The notes beneath the pieces are model-generated. The model was not told the DNA's origin. It did not search any database and saw only the letters and a list, made by a program, of their open reading frames with translations. This document shows, one piece after another, positions 20,023 to 29,295 of a stretch of 64,000 nt of DNA. Source of the stretch: an uncultured Candidatus Saccharibacteria bacterium (GTDB taxonomy: Bacteria > Patescibacteriota > CAZHWT01); NCBI GenBank assembly GCA_964554805.1, contig CAZKPX010000002.1:178080-242079 (forward strand), given 5' to 3'. The number at the start of each line of letters is the position of its first letter. The stretch's first letter is position 1. A program made the position numbers and the translations under genes.

Positions 20023-20676
20023 ATGAGCTTGATGAATATCCTGAATTTCTTGGAAGATCATGTGTATCCGAGCCTGTTTGGCTATGTATTCGTAGAGGAG
20101 CTCGGGGTGCCGTTGCCTATACCTGGCGACGCCTTGCTGCTTTTTCTCGGCATAAAATCTCTGGAAGGTGAAGCTAATTTTTGGCTGGTACTTTTTATCA
20201 CATGTATGGCTACTTTTTTGGGTGCCTCAATCTTGTTTTTAGTGGCCAGAATGCTTGGCCGACCACTACTGATCAAGTATGAAAAATACTTAAAATATGT
20301 CCATATTACTAGCGAGGATATTGATAGTATGGAGCATTATATGCACCATTATGGCACCTGGGTGTTGATTGTGTCTCGACTAACTCCCGGACTGAGGATT
20401 ATTGGTACGGTTGCGGCTGGTGTACTGGGGGTATCTTACATAAAGTTTATATCAGCAACCATGGTCGGAACAGTCATCTGGACAATTATCTATTTCTGGA
20501 TTGGGGCTTTTTTGGGCAGGCGCTTTGCGGCTGAAATCGAAGATATATTTGGCAATAAATGGCTGATGGTTGGGTTATTTGCCCTTGGGTTATTGGTGTG
20601 GTACGCGATGTTTAAGTATTTATCTCCAGCTATCAAGAAGCATCGTCACCCCAAGAGTTTGCCGGAAAATGTTTAA
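20023..20676 (+). CDS. DedA family membrane protein (SNARE-associated/TVP38)
   Basis: It has the DedA signature (VFVEELGVPLPIPGDALLLFLG ... LTPGLRIIGTVAAG). Confidence 0.8.
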   Translation: MSLMNILNFLEDHVYPSLFGYVFVEELGVPLPIPGDALLLFLGIKSLEGEANFWLVLFITCMATFLGASILFLVARMLGRPLLIKYEKYLKYVHITSEDIDSMEHYMHHYGTWVLIVSRLTPGLRIIGTVAAGVLGVSYIKFISATMVGTVIWTIIYFWIGAFLGRRFAAEIEDIFGNKWLMVGLFALGLLVWYAMFKYLSPAIKKHRHPKSLPENV

Positions 20677-20752
20677 AACGTTTGAAGTGTTGTCAAAGAT
20701 AGTTTATAGTTGAGTAGACCCACTTCGGGAATACATATAAGGAGTGTCACCT

Positions 20753-21187
20753 ATGGAAACAAAACCACAAGAACAGCAGTATGATTTATTTTTAAAAAGA
20801 ATTGGTATGGTGCTGATAGCAAGCGCATTTTTGGGATACTTGGCTTTAGGTATCACTCCAGACGGCAGTTTGTTGTCTAAATGGTTGTATTTTGATGCAA
20901 ATCAGAATCTACTTCACGTAGTTATTGGTGTTATTGCGCTGGTAGCGGCTCGAAAGGGTAGCTTGGTAATTTGCCGTTACGCATCTGCTATCATTGGTGT
21001 ATTGGCTATCGTGGCAGCCGCTTATAGCATTTACCGTTATGACTTCCCTAGCCCAAATGCACTGATTATTAATATTGAGACACCTCTTGAGACAGTCTTT
21101 TACTTGGCGCTTGGACTTTGGTCCTTATGGGTAGTCCTAATGCCGGCTGGCCCAGTCTTTGTTAAAGACCAAAATCAGCTGTCTTAG
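20753..21187 (+). CDS. Hypothetical membrane protein
   Basis: Four predicted TM helices. The start is moved to the ATG at 20753, which has AAGGAG 8 nt upstream. The ORF track used the GTG at 20744, which lies inside the SD. Confidence 0.5.
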   Translation: METKPQEQQYDLFLKRIGMVLIASAFLGYLALGITPDGSLLSKWLYFDANQNLLHVVIGVIALVAARKGSLVICRYASAIIGVLAIVAAAYSIYRYDFPSPNALIINIETPLETVFYLALGLWSLWVVLMPAGPVFVKDQNQLS

Positions 21188-21250
21188 CTATTACCCTTAG
21201 TGATTAAACACACAAAGGCGCGCATTCTGATTGAGTGCGCGCCTGTTTGT

Positions 21251-23836
21251 TTAGTCGACTTTGAATTCAATCTGCTGATTATCTGCTAATTGGGCTGCAA
21301 CCGATTGGCCTGGTCCAATTTTCTGATCAATTATATCCATGGCTAACGGATCAAGGAGATGGCTTTGAATAACGCGCCGCAAGGGTCGAGCTCCATAGAT
21401 TGGGTCATAGCCTATCTTGGCCAGATACTCTTTGACTTGTGGGCTGATAGCGATATGAATATCGCGCTCGCGTAGTTGCTGTGATATTTGCTCAAGCTGC
21501 AGTTCGGTGATGGTATCCATATCCTCCGGTCTTAGGCGCTGAAAGACGATAATATCATCTAGGCGATTGACAAATTCTGGCTTAAAGTGCTGCCTGACCA
21601 CCGTCATAACCTGAGACGCTAATTGCTGTGTGGTATCACCTTGCCATTCTTGAATAATTTGACTCCCAAGATTAGAAGTCATGATAATTATGGTATTGCT
21701 GAAATTAACGACACGTCCTTGGCCATCTGTCAATCTTCCATCATCCAGCACTTGGAGGAGAGTATTGAATACTTCGGGATGGGCTTTTTCAACCTCGTCA
21801 AACAAGATAACGGCATAGGGTCGGCGACGAACACTTTCAGTGAGCTGCCCTCCTTGGTCATAGCCAACATATCCCGGAGGAGCTCCGATCAATCTAGAAA
21901 CTGCGTGCGCCTCCATATACTCGCTCATATCAATTCGAACCATGGCGTGCCGATCATTGAATAAAACTTGAGCTAAGGCTTTGGCTAACTCAGTTTTACC
22001 GACTCCTGTGGGTCCTAGGAACATAAATGACCCAAGTGGACGATTGGCAGCTGACAGGCCTGCCCGGGCCCTTCGAATGGCGTTGGCAACTGTTTTGACT
22101 GCATCGGCCTGCCCCACCACTCTTGATTGCAGCTCAGCCTCTAAATTAACTAATCGATGGCTCTCTTGCTCAATCAGCCGTGACACAGGAATGCCTGTCC
22201 ATTTATGAATAACCTTGGCTATATCTTCTTCGGTAACTTCTTGACGCAACAATCGACTCCCGGAATCCTGATTGGCTATCTTTTGGTTCAACTCTTCAAT
22301 TTGGTTGGTTAATACAGGGATTTTGCCATACCGAATCTCTGCAGCTACTGCCAAATCTCCTTGCCGCTCTGCCTGCTCCTCAGCAAAACGCAATTGATCC
22401 TGCTCTTCTTGCAGCTTTTGACTCTGGTCAATCAAATCCTTTTCTTGTCGCCATTGCTGTTCTAAGGCGCGCTTTTGCTCTGTTAGATTGGCAATATCCT
22501 GTTTAACATTTTCCAGTCGTGTCTTGGCCTGATTATCCTTTTCTGTTTTTAGAGCTTCTTGCTCCACCTCAAGGCGACGCACTCGACGAGTCAAGTTATC
22601 AAGCTCGGCCGGCATACTATCAATATCCATTTTTAGGCTTGAGGTTGCCTCGTCGATGAGATCGATAGCCTTGTCAGGCAAAAAGCGCTCCGGTATATAT
22701 CTACTGGATAATTTCACTGCAGCCACCAAGGCACTGTCCGTTATTCGAACTCCATGGTGAAGTTCATACTTCTCTTTTAAGCCCCTAAGAATAGTAATTG
22801 CATCTTCTACGGATGGTTCGCCAACATAGACTGGTTGGAAGCGGCGCTCTAAGGCGGCATCTTTTTCGAGGTGCTGGCGATATTCATTGAGGGTTGTAGC
22901 TCCGATTAAATGAAGCTTGCCCCTTGCCAGGAGCGGCTTGAGCATGTTGGCTGCATCAACCGCTCCTTCACTGGCGCCTGCTCCGACAATGGTATGAAGC
23001 TCGTCAATAAATAGTATTACTTGACCTTGAGCATCTTCCACTTCTTTCAAGACTGCCTTAAACCGTTCTTCAAATTCTCCTCGAAATTTTGCTCCAGCCA
23101 GCAATGAACCAATTTCAAGGGATATGAGTTTTTTATTGCGCAGCGTATCTGGCACGTCGCCGCTAATAATTCTTTGGGCGAGCCCCTCGACAATGGCAGT
23201 CTTACCTACTCCAGGCTCACCTATTAAGACGGGATTGTTTTTGGTTCTTCGTGTTAGAACCTGCATGGTTCGCCGTATCTCATCGTCTCGACCAACGACG
23301 GGGTCCAGTTTGCCGTCATTGGCTAGGGTGGTCAAATCTTGCCCATATTTCTGCAGAGCATTGTGAGTGTCCTCTGGGTTTGGGGTTGTAACATTCATTG
23401 GTCGAATTCCTTTCATCTGTTCTAAGAGTGAAGCCGAGGTGAGGAAGAATTGTTGTAAAAGACGAGTTAAGGCTGGGCAGTCAGCCAAACCAAGCAGCAG
23501 ATGCTCGGTGCTAAGATAGCTATCGCCCATGCTTGTCATGTAATTTTGAGCTGCTGTTACAACTGTCTGAATATCGGGCGAAGAAACAGGCATAGCCGCC
23601 TGGGCGGTCTTAACAGTTGGCAGTTTAGCCAATTCTAAATCAAGCTTTGCTATGAGACTTTGCCTATCGACCGACAAGCTATTCAGCAAAGGTTGTACGA
23701 CTGTACCATCTTGTTGCACTACGCTGTAAAGCAGGTGAGCAGCTTCAAGCTGCCCGTGGTGTAACCGTTGGGCTAGCTGAAGGCTATTTTGCAGGGCTTG
23801 AGCTGACTTGTGAGTAAATTGTTCAGGGCTAATCAT
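21251..23836 (-). CDS. clpB: ATP-dependent chaperone/disaggregase ClpB
   Basis: Two AAA+ modules ([15 protein letters not shown]; [15 protein letters not shown]) flank the long coiled-coil M-domain. Length is 861 aa. A TTGACA-18-TATAGT promoter ends 5 nt before the ATG. Confidence 0.95.
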   Translation of the reverse strand: MISPEQFTHKSAQALQNSLQLAQRLHHGQLEAAHLLYSVVQQDGTVVQPLLNSLSVDRQSLIAKLDLELAKLPTVKTAQAAMPVSSPDIQTVVTAAQNYMTSMGDSYLSTEHLLLGLADCPALTRLLQQFFLTSASLLEQMKGIRPMNVTTPNPEDTHNALQKYGQDLTTLANDGKLDPVVGRDDEIRRTMQVLTRRTKNNPVLIGEPGVGKTAIVEGLAQRIISGDVPDTLRNKKLISLEIGSLLAGAKFRGEFEERFKAVLKEVEDAQGQVILFIDELHTIVGAGASEGAVDAANMLKPLLARGKLHLIGATTLNEYRQHLEKDAALERRFQPVYVGEPSVEDAITILRGLKEKYELHHGVRITDSALVAAVKLSSRYIPERFLPDKAIDLIDEATSSLKMDIDSMPAELDNLTRRVRRLEVEQEALKTEKDNQAKTRLENVKQDIANLTEQKRALEQQWRQEKDLIDQSQKLQEEQDQLRFAEEQAERQGDLAVAAEIRYGKIPVLTNQIEELNQKIANQDSGSRLLRQEVTEEDIAKVIHKWTGIPVSRLIEQESHRLVNLEAELQSRVVGQADAVKTVANAIRRARAGLSAANRPLGSFMFLGPTGVGKTELAKALAQVLFNDRHAMVRIDMSEYMEAHAVSRLIGAPPGYVGYDQGGQLTESVRRRPYAVILFDEVEKAHPEVFNTLLQVLDDGRLTDGQGRVVNFSNTIIIMTSNLGSQIIQEWQGDTTQQLASQVMTVVRQHFKPEFVNRLDDIIVFQRLRPEDMDTITELQLEQISQQLRERDIHIAISPQVKEYLAKIGYDPIYGARPLRRVIQSHLLDPLAMDIIDQKIGPGQSVAAQLADNQQIEFKVD

Positions 23837-23854
23837 GACTAAACTATACGGTAA

Positions 23855-23881
23855 TTGTCAGTCGTATGTCAAGAGTGCCAA
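23855..23881. promoter_or_regulatory. CIRCE-like imperfect dyad (TTGTCAGTC-N9-GAGTGCCAA) overlapping the clpB -35
   Basis: It matches the CIRCE consensus TTAGCACTC-N9-GAGTGCTAA at 14 of 18 positions with the exact 9-nt spacer. It sits immediately upstream of the heat-shock gene clpB. Confidence 0.35.
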
Positions 23882-23944
23882 TATATTGTAGGAGAAGTAA
23901 TAGGAAGAAGAAAAATTTCTGTTGGTTCTTGTTATATCTTCAGT

Positions 23945-23995
23945 TTATACCAAAAACACACCCAGCTCTTAGGGCGAAACCGGGAGAGCTGGGTG
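23945..23995 (-). terminator. Rho-independent terminator (minus strand) in the CAP-clpB intergenic region
   Basis: Perfect 11-bp stem CACCCAGCTCT/AGAGCTGGGTG with a 15-nt loop. On the minus strand it is followed by TGTTTTTGG. Confidence 0.6.
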
Positions 23996-24150
23996 AGGGA
24001 ATGTTACTTAGAGCAAAGAATCGAATGTGTTGTTCACCTGTATGTCCTAAGTTGACTGTGCAACATGGAGCATAAAAGCGCACATTATTCCTTATTTTAT
24101 TCTATTTTTACAAGGTTCTCTAAGGTACTCCATTGACCAAGCTACGCTTG

Positions 24151-24172
24151 GTGGATATAGGATATGGGATAT
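24151..24172. repeat. Triple heptad direct repeat (GGATATA-GGATATG-GGATATG), copy A
   Basis: Tandem 7-bp repeats. The same architecture recurs at 26731-26751 and 28125-28145, each about 40 nt from a conserved box. Confidence 0.7.
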
Positions 24173-24264
24173 GGAAAATCGGAACACTATATTCAATATC
24201 TGATATTCTTTTATCCGTCTATATAGCGTATCAAGCAATCATGCAGATTGCAATAATTAGATTT

Positions 24265-24969
24265 CTATTCTCCGAACTGTACACCGAATTCTTGCACCCA
24301 AAAATTAGGAGAACCAGCCTTAAAGCCAACTCCGAGTTCTTTGGCTTTGTCGCTCAAAATATTGGCCCGATGAGATTCAGAATTCATCCAAGCAGCCACG
24401 ACTTCTTCAACTGATTGCTGGCCTTGACCTATATTCTCCCCCATCCAGCGCCAGTTAGTGTATCCCGCCTGTTCGTTTCGGTGTTTAAAGGTTTGACCAT
24501 CCGGGCTGGTATGGCTAAAAAATTTTTGGGATGACATCTGTTGGGCATATGCTTGGGCGGATTTTGACAGCTGCTGATTGAGCGATAGACTGCCCAGCTG
24601 ATTTTGACGCCGGATCGCATTGACCCTACTAAGCATTTCCTCGGCAAACTTAGGATTATTGGTGGCTGGGGGAGGGTTTTGAGGTTGATCGATCGGTTTT
24701 ACGGTGAGCTGTGCAGGCTGGGTATTTTGGGCTGCAGGCGGAGCCTCAGTCGTCGTCTTCTGTAAAGGCTCCAAAATGAAGCTCGGTATAAAACTTTGCA
24801 GTAGTGGGCTCAGGGTTAAGCCGGTTGTTTGCTGAGGCTGCACAGATGACTCTTCTTTGCTTGATAAGAACCACCAGGCATGCGTAGGGCTGGCGGTGGA
24901 CAATAGGAATAAAAGAATCAAGCTAAAACAAACGGTCTTAGCTGCCCAGTTGCGAATAGATATGGACAT
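24265..24969 (-). CDS. Secreted CAP/SCP/PR-1 domain protein
   Basis: A signal/TM N-terminus and a Pro/Gln-rich linker are followed by a C-terminal CAP domain (GHYTQVVW-like GYTNWRWMGENIGQG...SESHRANIL). Confidence 0.75.
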   Translation of the reverse strand: MSISIRNWAAKTVCFSLILLFLLSTASPTHAWWFLSSKEESSVQPQQTTGLTLSPLLQSFIPSFILEPLQKTTTEAPPAAQNTQPAQLTVKPIDQPQNPPPATNNPKFAEEMLSRVNAIRRQNQLGSLSLNQQLSKSAQAYAQQMSSQKFFSHTSPDGQTFKHRNEQAGYTNWRWMGENIGQGQQSVEEVVAAWMNSESHRANILSDKAKELGVGFKAGSPNFWVQEFGVQFGE

Positions 24970-25117
24970 ATTATATATAAGTTAGCATAGTTTCGATGCA
25001 TCTAGCAATAATTTCTTATCAGGGATAGTATCTGTTTCTTGCTGTTACTAAAGCAATTATTATCAACTAATTCAGTAGAGTGCTGATAAGTACTTTGATG
25101 ATAATCAAATCAGGCAA

Positions 25118-25393
25118 TCAAAAGGGGAACGTATCCTGATTTGCGAGTGGCATTTCTTGATCCACAGAGGAGTCGATCTTGCCTGCTTCATCGACCTGAT
25201 CCTCCTTGAGAAGAGTGGTTATTTTGGCTTGTGAGTCGGTCAGTATGGTTTGACACTGCTTGTGCAGAGCCACCCCTTCTTCAAGCAAGGCTAAACCTTG
25301 CTCAAGTTCGATATCTGGACTCTCTAGTTTGGCCACTATGTCTTCTAATCGCTGCATCTTTTGGCTAAAAGTTTGAATCTGCTGGTTTTCCAT
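25118..25393 (-). CDS. xseB: Exodeoxyribonuclease VII small subunit
   Basis: A 91-aa helical protein with LEDIVAKLESPDIELEQGLALLEEGVALHKQCQ, immediately downstream of xseA. Confidence 0.85.
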   Translation of the reverse strand: MENQQIQTFSQKMQRLEDIVAKLESPDIELEQGLALLEEGVALHKQCQTILTDSQAKITTLLKEDQVDEAGKIDSSVDQEMPLANQDTFPF

Positions 25394-25403
25394 ATGCTGC
25401 CTC

Positions 25404-26699
25404 CTATGTCTGTGGATCGTCGTGCAATTGCTCTATGCGACTAGTGATTTTGCCTTGATAGAGTTGAATATTAATTGTATCACCTGTTGCTAATTGGTGT
25501 ACGTTGCATACAACCTGGCCTTGGTGAGTTACCATGCTATATCCTCGGGCCAAGACATTGTGCGGGCTGACTGATTGGAGCTGCTTATCAAGAGCCGATA
25601 GTTTGACGGCAACCATTCTTGGAATCTGATTAACGGCTTGCAAGCTTTGTCGCAGTTGGTCTAAGCGGGATTGATTGTGAAGAGATAGCCTTTGTCCGCT
25701 GGAGGCTAATTGTTGATGAAGATGATCCAATCGAACAGGCAAACTCCTGTAGCTATGTTGAACTTGACTGAGAGAACCAAGTAAGTGGTCGAGTTGTTGA
25801 TAGTAGGAGCTGGTTTGATATCTATACAGATTGGCGATCTTTTGTTTGAGGTGGTGCAGTTCTAGCTGAGCGTCCTCGTAATTGCGAGTAATGATTTGGC
25901 CAGCATTGGTGGGGGTAGATGCTCGAACATCGGCGACCAGATCAGCTATTGAGATGTCTTTCTCATGGCCGACTGCCACCAGGGTTGGAATGGGACTGCC
26001 GGCAATGGCTCGAACGACCGCTTCATCATTAAAGGCTGCGAGGTCCTCTGCGCTGCCTCCGCCGCGAGTTATGACGATTGCTTCAATATCACGCTGCTGC
26101 AATGATTTAAGAGCTTTTAGGATGCTTGCAGGGGCTTGCGGACCCTGTACGTAGGTATCTGCGACTGTTAATTCGATTAGGGGGAACTTGTCGATCGTGT
26201 GTCGTTGAAAATCTGCCCAGGCATCACTAACGATTGAGGTGACAACACCTATCCGTTGCGGAAAGTTGGGTAATTGACGCTTCTTGTCTTGATCAAGCAG
26301 GCCCTCCTTTTGTAATTGTAGCTTCAGTTTCTCTAGCTGAGCGGCCAAGGCGCCGGCACCCACTGCTTCAATTTTGTTGACCACAAATTGATATGACCCA
26401 GATTTGGTAAACAGACTCAGCTTACCGAAAGCAAGAATCTTTTGACCATTAACCAGCTCGGCGCCAATATACGGATAGTTTTGCCGAATCACTACGGCTG
26501 GTAGAGAAAAATCGCCGCCGGTGTCTTTTAGGGTGAAGTATAGGTAGTAATAGCGACCATGCGCCCCTTTAAACTCACTGACTTCAGCCTCTACCCACAC
26601 CGACAATGTTTCGAGCATATCTTTAGCCAGACTGTTTAGCTGACCTATGGAAAAGACCTGGCGGTCTGATGAAGAGCTGTCTTGGAACAATTGAGGCAT
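25404..26699 (-). CDS. xseA: Exodeoxyribonuclease VII large subunit
   Basis: An N-terminal OB fold and the ExoVII catalytic domain (ITRGGGSAEDLAAFNDE) are present. The extended -10 TGTTATACT ends 6 nt before the ATG. Confidence 0.9.
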   Translation of the reverse strand: MPQLFQDSSSSDRQVFSIGQLNSLAKDMLETLSVWVEAEVSEFKGAHGRYYYLYFTLKDTGGDFSLPAVVIRQNYPYIGAELVNGQKILAFGKLSLFTKSGSYQFVVNKIEAVGAGALAAQLEKLKLQLQKEGLLDQDKKRQLPNFPQRIGVVTSIVSDAWADFQRHTIDKFPLIELTVADTYVQGPQAPASILKALKSLQQRDIEAIVITRGGGSAEDLAAFNDEAVVRAIAGSPIPTLVAVGHEKDISIADLVADVRASTPTNAGQIITRNYEDAQLELHHLKQKIANLYRYQTSSYYQQLDHLLGSLSQVQHSYRSLPVRLDHLHQQLASSGQRLSLHNQSRLDQLRQSLQAVNQIPRMVAVKLSALDKQLQSVSPHNVLARGYSMVTHQGQVVCNVHQLATGDTINIQLYQGKITSRIEQLHDDPQT

Positions 26700-26730
26700 G
26701 GCTTAAGTATAACAGCCAACTGCGCTGGCG

Positions 26731-26751
26731 GATATCGTATATCGGATATCG
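26731..26751. repeat. Triple heptad direct repeat (GATATCG-TATATCG-GATATCG), copy B
   Basis: Tandem 7-bp repeats about 20 nt upstream (on the minus strand) of the xseA -10 element. Confidence 0.7.
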
Positions 26752-26792
26752 AAAAAGTGCCAGAGCCCAGAATTAAACGTCTTCCATATTCT

Positions 26793-26819
26793 TATCCGTG
26801 TCTCTATATTCGCCTTGCT
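26793..26819. repeat. Conserved 27-nt intergenic box, copy B (TATCCGTGTCTCTATATTCGCCTTGCT)
   Basis: 24 of 27 positions are identical to the box at 28188-28214, with a partial match at 24212-24228. It lies immediately 3' of the oxidoreductase stop and is followed by the small hairpin GCCTTGC-TAA-GCAAGGC. Confidence 0.7.
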
Positions 26820-26827
26820 AAGCAAGG

Positions 26828-28084
26828 CTACGTTTTTAACTTGGTCAAATGCTCAGCTAAATCCTTGAGGGATTGGGTGTCGTCAGCAAGTTCGGCTAAG
26901 TATTTGGTTACGGGCTGTTGAGAGGCTATGATTTTGGTTATTGGTGTTTTGTCGGCAAAACGATTGATGAGGGTGGCTCCAATGACACGTTCTTTGTGAA
27001 TAAGAATACGACCATACGACCCAGACTTGGCTGATCCTCGGGGAATGACGGTCATGGAAGGGCGAGCTGAAGCCTGGCCAATAAAGCTGATATTTTTGCC
27101 AAAGACTGAGATGGAATACGCCGAAACGGCTTCTAGAGGCTGATTATCCCCAACCATATTGACGCCGGCGATTTGCCCCTGGAGCGTGGCATTTGTCCAG
27201 TTGCCTTGGTGGTGATGCAGCCCGCCTATCAGGTCGTAAAAAAGACTAATATCGCCGGCAGCATACACATCTGGCAGCTCAGTTTGCATGTACTGGTTGG
27301 TAATTATGCCGCCTTCTAAAAGCAATCCGCTGTGCTTGAGCCAGTCAGTTTGCAGATCTAGGCCAATATTGACCAGAATCAGGTCAGTTTTGATATGTTT
27401 GCCGTTGGATAGGATGATGCCCTCAACTTGCGAATCTCCCAGAACTGATTCGACGGTGGTGTTGTAATGGAAGTTTAGGTAGGACGAGCCTTGTTGCAGA
27501 ATAGATTGAATCAATAGCCCAGACTCGTGATCCAAGGTATTTGACCAGTAATGTGGTGTTCTGATAATAGCTGTAGCCGCTACACCAATATCGGCTGCGG
27601 CTTGAATCATTTCCAGGGTAATAAAACCCCCACCGACAATTGTGACATGCTTGGCTTGATGGAGTCTTTCTTTAATTTGTGAGGCTTGATCGACGGTGCG
27701 AAGCGGAATAACGCCTTGCAGATGGCTGCCTGGTATATTCCATTGTCTAGGCATACCACCAGTTGCGATAAGTAATTTATCGTAGCTAAGCCGCTGTCCG
27801 TCCTGTAGGCTGACAACTTTGTGCACAGCATCAAGATGGGTGGCTGTTTGACCCAGTATGATATCTATGCCTTGATCCTGATAATATTGCCCATCCTTGA
27901 GAAATAGGCTGTCAAAACTATTCTTGCCTTTGATGTAGCCAGCCAGAGCTGTTCTGGAATAGAGATAGTGGGGCTCACGCTCAACTATAAGAATAGTTCC
28001 CTGTGGATCACGCTGGCGTATGGCGATGGCCGCGGTGGTACCAGCTGCGCCGCCACCGATAATAAGATACTTGGCTGATTGCAT
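26828..28084 (-). CDS. FAD-dependent pyridine nucleotide-disulfide oxidoreductase (NADH oxidase / CoA-disulfide reductase-like)
   Basis: An N-terminal GGGAAG FAD-binding Rossmann fold, a second NAD(P) Rossmann fold (VTIVGGGFITLE) and a C-terminal dimerisation domain. Confidence 0.8.
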   Translation of the reverse strand: MQSAKYLIIGGGAAGTTAAIAIRQRDPQGTILIVEREPHYLYSRTALAGYIKGKNSFDSLFLKDGQYYQDQGIDIILGQTATHLDAVHKVVSLQDGQRLSYDKLLIATGGMPRQWNIPGSHLQGVIPLRTVDQASQIKERLHQAKHVTIVGGGFITLEMIQAAADIGVAATAIIRTPHYWSNTLDHESGLLIQSILQQGSSYLNFHYNTTVESVLGDSQVEGIILSNGKHIKTDLILVNIGLDLQTDWLKHSGLLLEGGIITNQYMQTELPDVYAAGDISLFYDLIGGLHHHQGNWTNATLQGQIAGVNMVGDNQPLEAVSAYSISVFGKNISFIGQASARPSMTVIPRGSAKSGSYGRILIHKERVIGATLINRFADKTPITKIIASQQPVTKYLAELADDTQSLKDLAEHLTKLKT

Positions 28085-28124
28085 AGGTTAATGATACTAC
28101 ATCCAATCAGCCACTTGCAGTGGT

Positions 28125-28145
28125 GAATATTGAATATGGGATATT
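28125..28145. repeat. Triple heptad direct repeat (GAATATT-GAATATG-GGATATT), copy C
   Basis: Tandem 7-bp repeats about 20 nt upstream (on the minus strand) of the oxidoreductase -10 element. Confidence 0.7.
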
Positions 28146-28187
28146 GGTGGATTCTGGATTTAGATTCTGGTTATTTACGATACCCTA

Positions 28188-28214
28188 TATCCGCGTCTCT
28201 ATGTTCGCTTTGCT
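28188..28214. repeat. Conserved 27-nt intergenic box, copy C (TATCCGCGTCTCTATGTTCGCTTTGCT)
   Basis: A near-identical copy of the box at 26793-26819. It lies immediately 3' of the CvpA-CAP gene stop. Confidence 0.7.
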
Positions 28215-28226
28215 TGTCAAATCTGG

Positions 28227-29195
28227 CTAATTGGAAAAGACTTGAGTAAAAATAATACCGTAGCGGGGGTCTTTGTAGGCGCCGATACCGACCTTGTTGT
28301 ACTTAGGATCGAGGATATTACGCTTATGGCCTGGGCTATTCATCAAACCAGTGTGAGCCATATCGACGGTTGGGGCCAGCGCCAGATTTTCTCCAGCGGC
28401 CAGATATTGGATATTAGCTGCTTCAATTCTATCGAATGGATCGAGGCCTTCAGGGGAATAGTGAGAGAAATAGCCGCGCTTAAACATATCTAAGCTGTGA
28501 GCTCGTCCAACCTGCCGCAAGTCGGTGGCGAGAACAAGCTCGTTTAAACCCTGCTTCGCTCGCTCTTGATTTAAAAGTTTGAGCATCTGCTGCTCGTCGG
28601 GCAGACTAATAAATGCGGAATCGGACGAGAAATTGAGGGTAACAATCTCTTTTGAATCAGGCTCTATGGTAAATAGCTGAGACAATTCATTGATAGCCGG
28701 TGTGACCAGCTTCTGAACAGGTGACCCAAGCTGCTCAAGGCCGTCTATTAGCGGCCGAGCCAACACGGCCTGGGTAACGGCTACTTTCATTGGGTGCTCG
28801 ATAGGCAAAGACGAGAAGATAGACGTCATATATGCCACAGTAATGAGACCGTTGGCTAGTCCGAGACCAGCTGCAAACCAGCTTGGGTGGGTTACACTAC
28901 GGAGTCTTGGGCCCATTTTCTTGCTCAGTAGCAGAATACTGCCGGTTATGAGGGTATCGATAACAAAGGCAAGTAATAGAAAGGCAAAAATATTGAGCAG
29001 ACTAGGAGGTATTGGCCAGATATTGCTTAGCCATGATGCTACTGGAGCATAGAAGGCATAGGCTGCCAGCAGTGAAACAATTAGTCCCAACAAATTTGCT
29101 GAAGCGGCTAAAAGACCGACCTTATAGCCTCTCCATAGGCAAAATGATAGGAATACGACAATCAGCAAATCAACTAATAATGACCATTGAGACAT
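28227..29195 (-). CDS. CvpA-family membrane domain fused to a C-terminal CAP/SCP domain
   Basis: The N-terminal roughly 150 aa is a four-TM CvpA-like region (MSQWSLLVDLLIVVFLSFCLWRGYKVG...). The C-terminus is a CAP domain (HSLDMFKRGYFSHYSPEG...GENLALAP...MNSPGHKRNILDPKYNKVGIG). Confidence 0.7.
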   Translation of the reverse strand: MSQWSLLVDLLIVVFLSFCLWRGYKVGLLAASANLLGLIVSLLAAYAFYAPVASWLSNIWPIPPSLLNIFAFLLLAFVIDTLITGSILLLSKKMGPRLRSVTHPSWFAAGLGLANGLITVAYMTSIFSSLPIEHPMKVAVTQAVLARPLIDGLEQLGSPVQKLVTPAINELSQLFTIEPDSKEIVTLNFSSDSAFISLPDEQQMLKLLNQERAKQGLNELVLATDLRQVGRAHSLDMFKRGYFSHYSPEGLDPFDRIEAANIQYLAAGENLALAPTVDMAHTGLMNSPGHKRNILDPKYNKVGIGAYKDPRYGIIFTQVFSN

Positions 29196-29295
29196 TGATT
29201 AAGTATAGCAGCTGAATTGCAGTTAAACTATGAGACCCTTGGTTCAATTAAGAGCAAGAGTCTCATAGAGCTCGTAAATAGACCGTTAGTTTGAC

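Noticed and set aside
21623-23366. Several 75-113-aa ORFs antisense within clpB, and similar ones within lon, the PEP synthase gene and the PBP1A gene
   Set aside because: They lie fully inside long, strongly supported genes on the opposite strand. Such antisense ORFs are expected by chance in long genes.
24133-24414. 93-aa plus-strand ORF overlapping the 3' end of the CAP-domain gene
   Set aside because: It is antisense to a gene with a recognisable CAP domain, and it begins inside the heptad-repeat and conserved-box module.
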